The notes beneath the pieces were generated by a model. The model had not been told where the DNA came from. It made no database searches and saw nothing but the letters and a program-made list of their open reading frames with translations. From Pseudomonas aeruginosa (GTDB lineage Bacteria; Pseudomonadota; Gammaproteobacteria; Pseudomonadales; Pseudomonadaceae), in NCBI RefSeq assembly GCF_001457615.1, contig NZ_LN831024.1, forward strand, positions 3,360,001 to 3,392,000: a stretch of DNA of 32,000 bases, read 5' to 3'. This document shows, piece by piece, positions 29,762-32,000 of the stretch. The number at the start of each line of letters is the position of its first letter. Within the stretch, counting starts at the first letter, position 1. The translations under genes were made by a program, and so were the position numbers.

Positions 29762-31915
29762 ATGATCGAAAAAATTCTGCTTCGCAACGTCTCCAGCTAC
29801 TCTCCAGACTCAGCGGTATCCATTGCCCCGCTTAAGCGCGTGAGTTTGTTCTATGGCCATAACGGGACGGGCAAGACCACTATCAGTAACTTCCTTCAGG
29901 CCCCTGATGAGGCCTGCTACAGCGTTTGCGGCGTGGAGCCAGTAAAGGTTGGCCGGGAGATCCTAGTCTACAACCATGCATTCATGGAGAAAAATTTCCA
30001 TGAAGCCGCATCCCAGCCAGGGGTCTTCACCCTCAATGAGGGCAACATTGAGGCGGAAGCTGCCCTCGCAGTGGCCGAGAAAGCAATCGCTGAGCTGACG
30101 ATCGCCCATGATACTGAAATGGAGAAGGGCATTAACTGCAAGAATGCTCAGCAGCAAGCTCATGAGGCGCTACTGGACAGTGTATGGAAGCCTAAGCGTG
30201 GCTTCGATAACACCGCTTTGGCTTACTGCTTCAGGTCGCTCAACACCAAAGAGCGTTTACTTGATGCAGTCCGAAGCGTCCAGCTTGTGGCAACCTCTGA
30301 CACCGCTCAGGGGCTACTCAGCGAGGCGGCAGAACTTAACGAGGCCAGTGATAAAGAGCTGCCCGGAATCGCGCCAATCACCTTCCAGGCGGGTAAGCTA
30401 GAAACCGATCCGATCATGCAGGAAGTCATCACTGGGTCAGGCGATTCCTACCTTTCTGCGTTCATTCAGCAACTGGGAAATTCGGATTGGGTCAAGCAGG
30501 CACTGCGCTATGAGGTCGAGGCAAAAGACCAGTGCCCACTATGCCAGCAGTCCTTGCCGCAGGATTTCTATACTGAAATTCGTAAAGTCTTCGATAAAAC
30601 CTATCAGCAGCGCATTGATTTGCTGCAGCAATTCGAAAGCCAATACCGAGACGCGGTGGATCAATTTCTGCGACGGTACGAGGCTCCGGAATATCAGCTG
30701 CAAGCCATAAAGCTCCGTGTCACCAGACTTCACGCTGTCTTCCAGAAAAACCTGCAATCCCTCGCTACAAAGCTCGCCAGTCCATCCCTTACGATTACGT
30801 TGGAGTCCACTGCAACATTGGTCGCAGAGTTGAACAGTGAGATCGCGGCTGAGCAACTGAAAATCGACGCTATCAATGCGAGGATAAAAAACAGGAAGCA
30901 GCATGAGGAGGACATCAAGCGACGCTTCTGGAGCTGGTACAGAGCTTCGTGCGACGCGGCTTTCGTGGCATTCGAAAAGGTCGATAAGGAGCAGGGGCGC
31001 CAACGCCAGGCCGCCAAGGATGAGGTTCAGTCTCTGCGGGATCGCATTCAGGCACAACGCGATATCATTGCCCAATCCAGGGCGGCCATCAGGAACATCG
31101 ACCAGTCGGTCGAGAGTATCAATAATTGGTTGCGGGTGTTGGGTCTGAAGGGCTTCGCGCTGATTAAAGAAGAGGGCCCGGTGCCACAATATCGTCTTGA
31201 ACGTCCTGGCCAGACTGAAGGGGTGTTCAGAACGCTAAGTGAGGGCGAAAAAACGCTGATCTCGTTCCTCTACTTCCTTGAGGTCTGCAATGGCGAGCTG
31301 GACACAGCTAGTGGGACGCTCAAGCGTGATCGCATCATCGTCATCGATGACCCAATATCGAGCCTCTCCCATAACTATGTCTACGATATTGCGTCGCTGA
31401 TCAGGCGGCAGGTGCTCATCCCGAGAGACCGGTTCAAACAGGTGATCATTCTGACGCACAACCTTTTCTTCTTCCACGAAATGGTCAAGCTCTTGAAGGA
31501 TGACGGAGAAAGATCCTTGGCAATGTTCCGGATCACCAAGTCCGAATACAGCTCGGTCGTGACCATGGAAGAGCGCGAAATCCAGAACGACTACCAAGCC
31601 TTCTGGCAAACCATCAAGGACGCGTTGCAAGGCCGAACTTCCCCTAACGTGATCCCGAACATGATGCGCAATATCTTGGAGTACTACTTCAGCTTCGTGC
31701 ATCAGACGCAAAGCCTGCGCCAGGCGTTGACTGATCTTAGCGAGGAGAATCCAGAGTTCAGAGCGCTTTACCGATACATCAACCGTGAATCACATGCTGA
31801 CTCGGTTAACCTAACTGACTTCGGCGAGATCGATCCGGAGATCTTCGTCGCGCGGTTTAAGGATGTGTTCATCAGAACCAATTTCGAATCTCACTTCGAC
31901 AAGATGATGGCATAG
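29762..31915 (+). CDS. AAA_13-type SMC/ABC-like ATPase, candidate PrrC/RloC-like anticodon-nuclease-related protein
   Basis: 717 aa from MIEKILLRNVSSYS; Walker A GHNGTGKTT, coiled coil, CPLC, signature LSEGEK, Walker B IIVIDDP, LTHN switch; C-terminal R636/E640/H678. Confidence 0.85.
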   Translation: MIEKILLRNVSSYSPDSAVSIAPLKRVSLFYGHNGTGKTTISNFLQAPDEACYSVCGVEPVKVGREILVYNHAFMEKNFHEAASQPGVFTLNEGNIEAEAALAVAEKAIAELTIAHDTEMEKGINCKNAQQQAHEALLDSVWKPKRGFDNTALAYCFRSLNTKERLLDAVRSVQLVATSDTAQGLLSEAAELNEASDKELPGIAPITFQAGKLETDPIMQEVITGSGDSYLSAFIQQLGNSDWVKQALRYEVEAKDQCPLCQQSLPQDFYTEIRKVFDKTYQQRIDLLQQFESQYRDAVDQFLRRYEAPEYQLQAIKLRVTRLHAVFQKNLQSLATKLASPSLTITLESTATLVAELNSEIAAEQLKIDAINARIKNRKQHEEDIKRRFWSWYRASCDAAFVAFEKVDKEQGRQRQAAKDEVQSLRDRIQAQRDIIAQSRAAIRNIDQSVESINNWLRVLGLKGFALIKEEGPVPQYRLERPGQTEGVFRTLSEGEKTLISFLYFLEVCNGELDTASGTLKRDRIIVIDDPISSLSHNYVYDIASLIRRQVLIPRDRFKQVIILTHNLFFFHEMVKLLKDDGERSLAMFRITKSEYSSVVTMEEREIQNDYQAFWQTIKDALQGRTSPNVIPNMMRNILEYYFSFVHQTQSLRQALTDLSEENPEFRALYRYINRESHADSVNLTDFGEIDPEIFVARFKDVFIRTNFESHFDKMMA

Positions 31916-32000
31916 CTAGCCATGTATTCTGGGATGGCTGCGTCAAGGCGTATGTGTTCGCTCCTTCTACCGGGAACGACCGGATAACCTGGAATTGCAC

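Overview
This 32 kb window looks like Pseudomonas aeruginosa chromosome: high GC and a gene order matching the fap/rbs neighbourhood. Species and gene names rest on recognised protein families and remembered synteny, not on a database search. Bases ~1-28,300 are mostly core-like. They carry a CHMI-family isomerase, a small lipoprotein, an ABC-F ATPase, a zinc-ribbon membrane protein, an azoreductase and a divergent LysR regulator. They also carry a cold-shock/DUF1294 membrane protein, uppP, a PnuC transporter with an NR-kinase-like ATPase, and the complete functional-amyloid operon fapABCDEF. Next come a ribose/sugar cluster on the minus strand (rbsB-A-C-R-K), a sigma54 activator with an atypical receiver-like N-terminus, and a divergent RimK-like ATP-grasp ligase and GNAT-C39 peptidase fusion. 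After these come two overlapping tiny ORFs, then a diheme cytochrome and a membrane-anchored catalase-like protein. Bases ~28,300-32,000 are lower in GC and accessory in character. They hold an alpha-helical unknown protein and a 717-aa AAA_13-type SMC/ABC-like ATPase. That ATPase has a CPLC zinc-hook-like motif and a C-terminal R-x3-E...H arrangement like PrrC/RloC anticodon nucleases. The best candidates for undescribed biology are this ATPase region and the ATP-grasp/GNAT-C39/micro-ORF locus.
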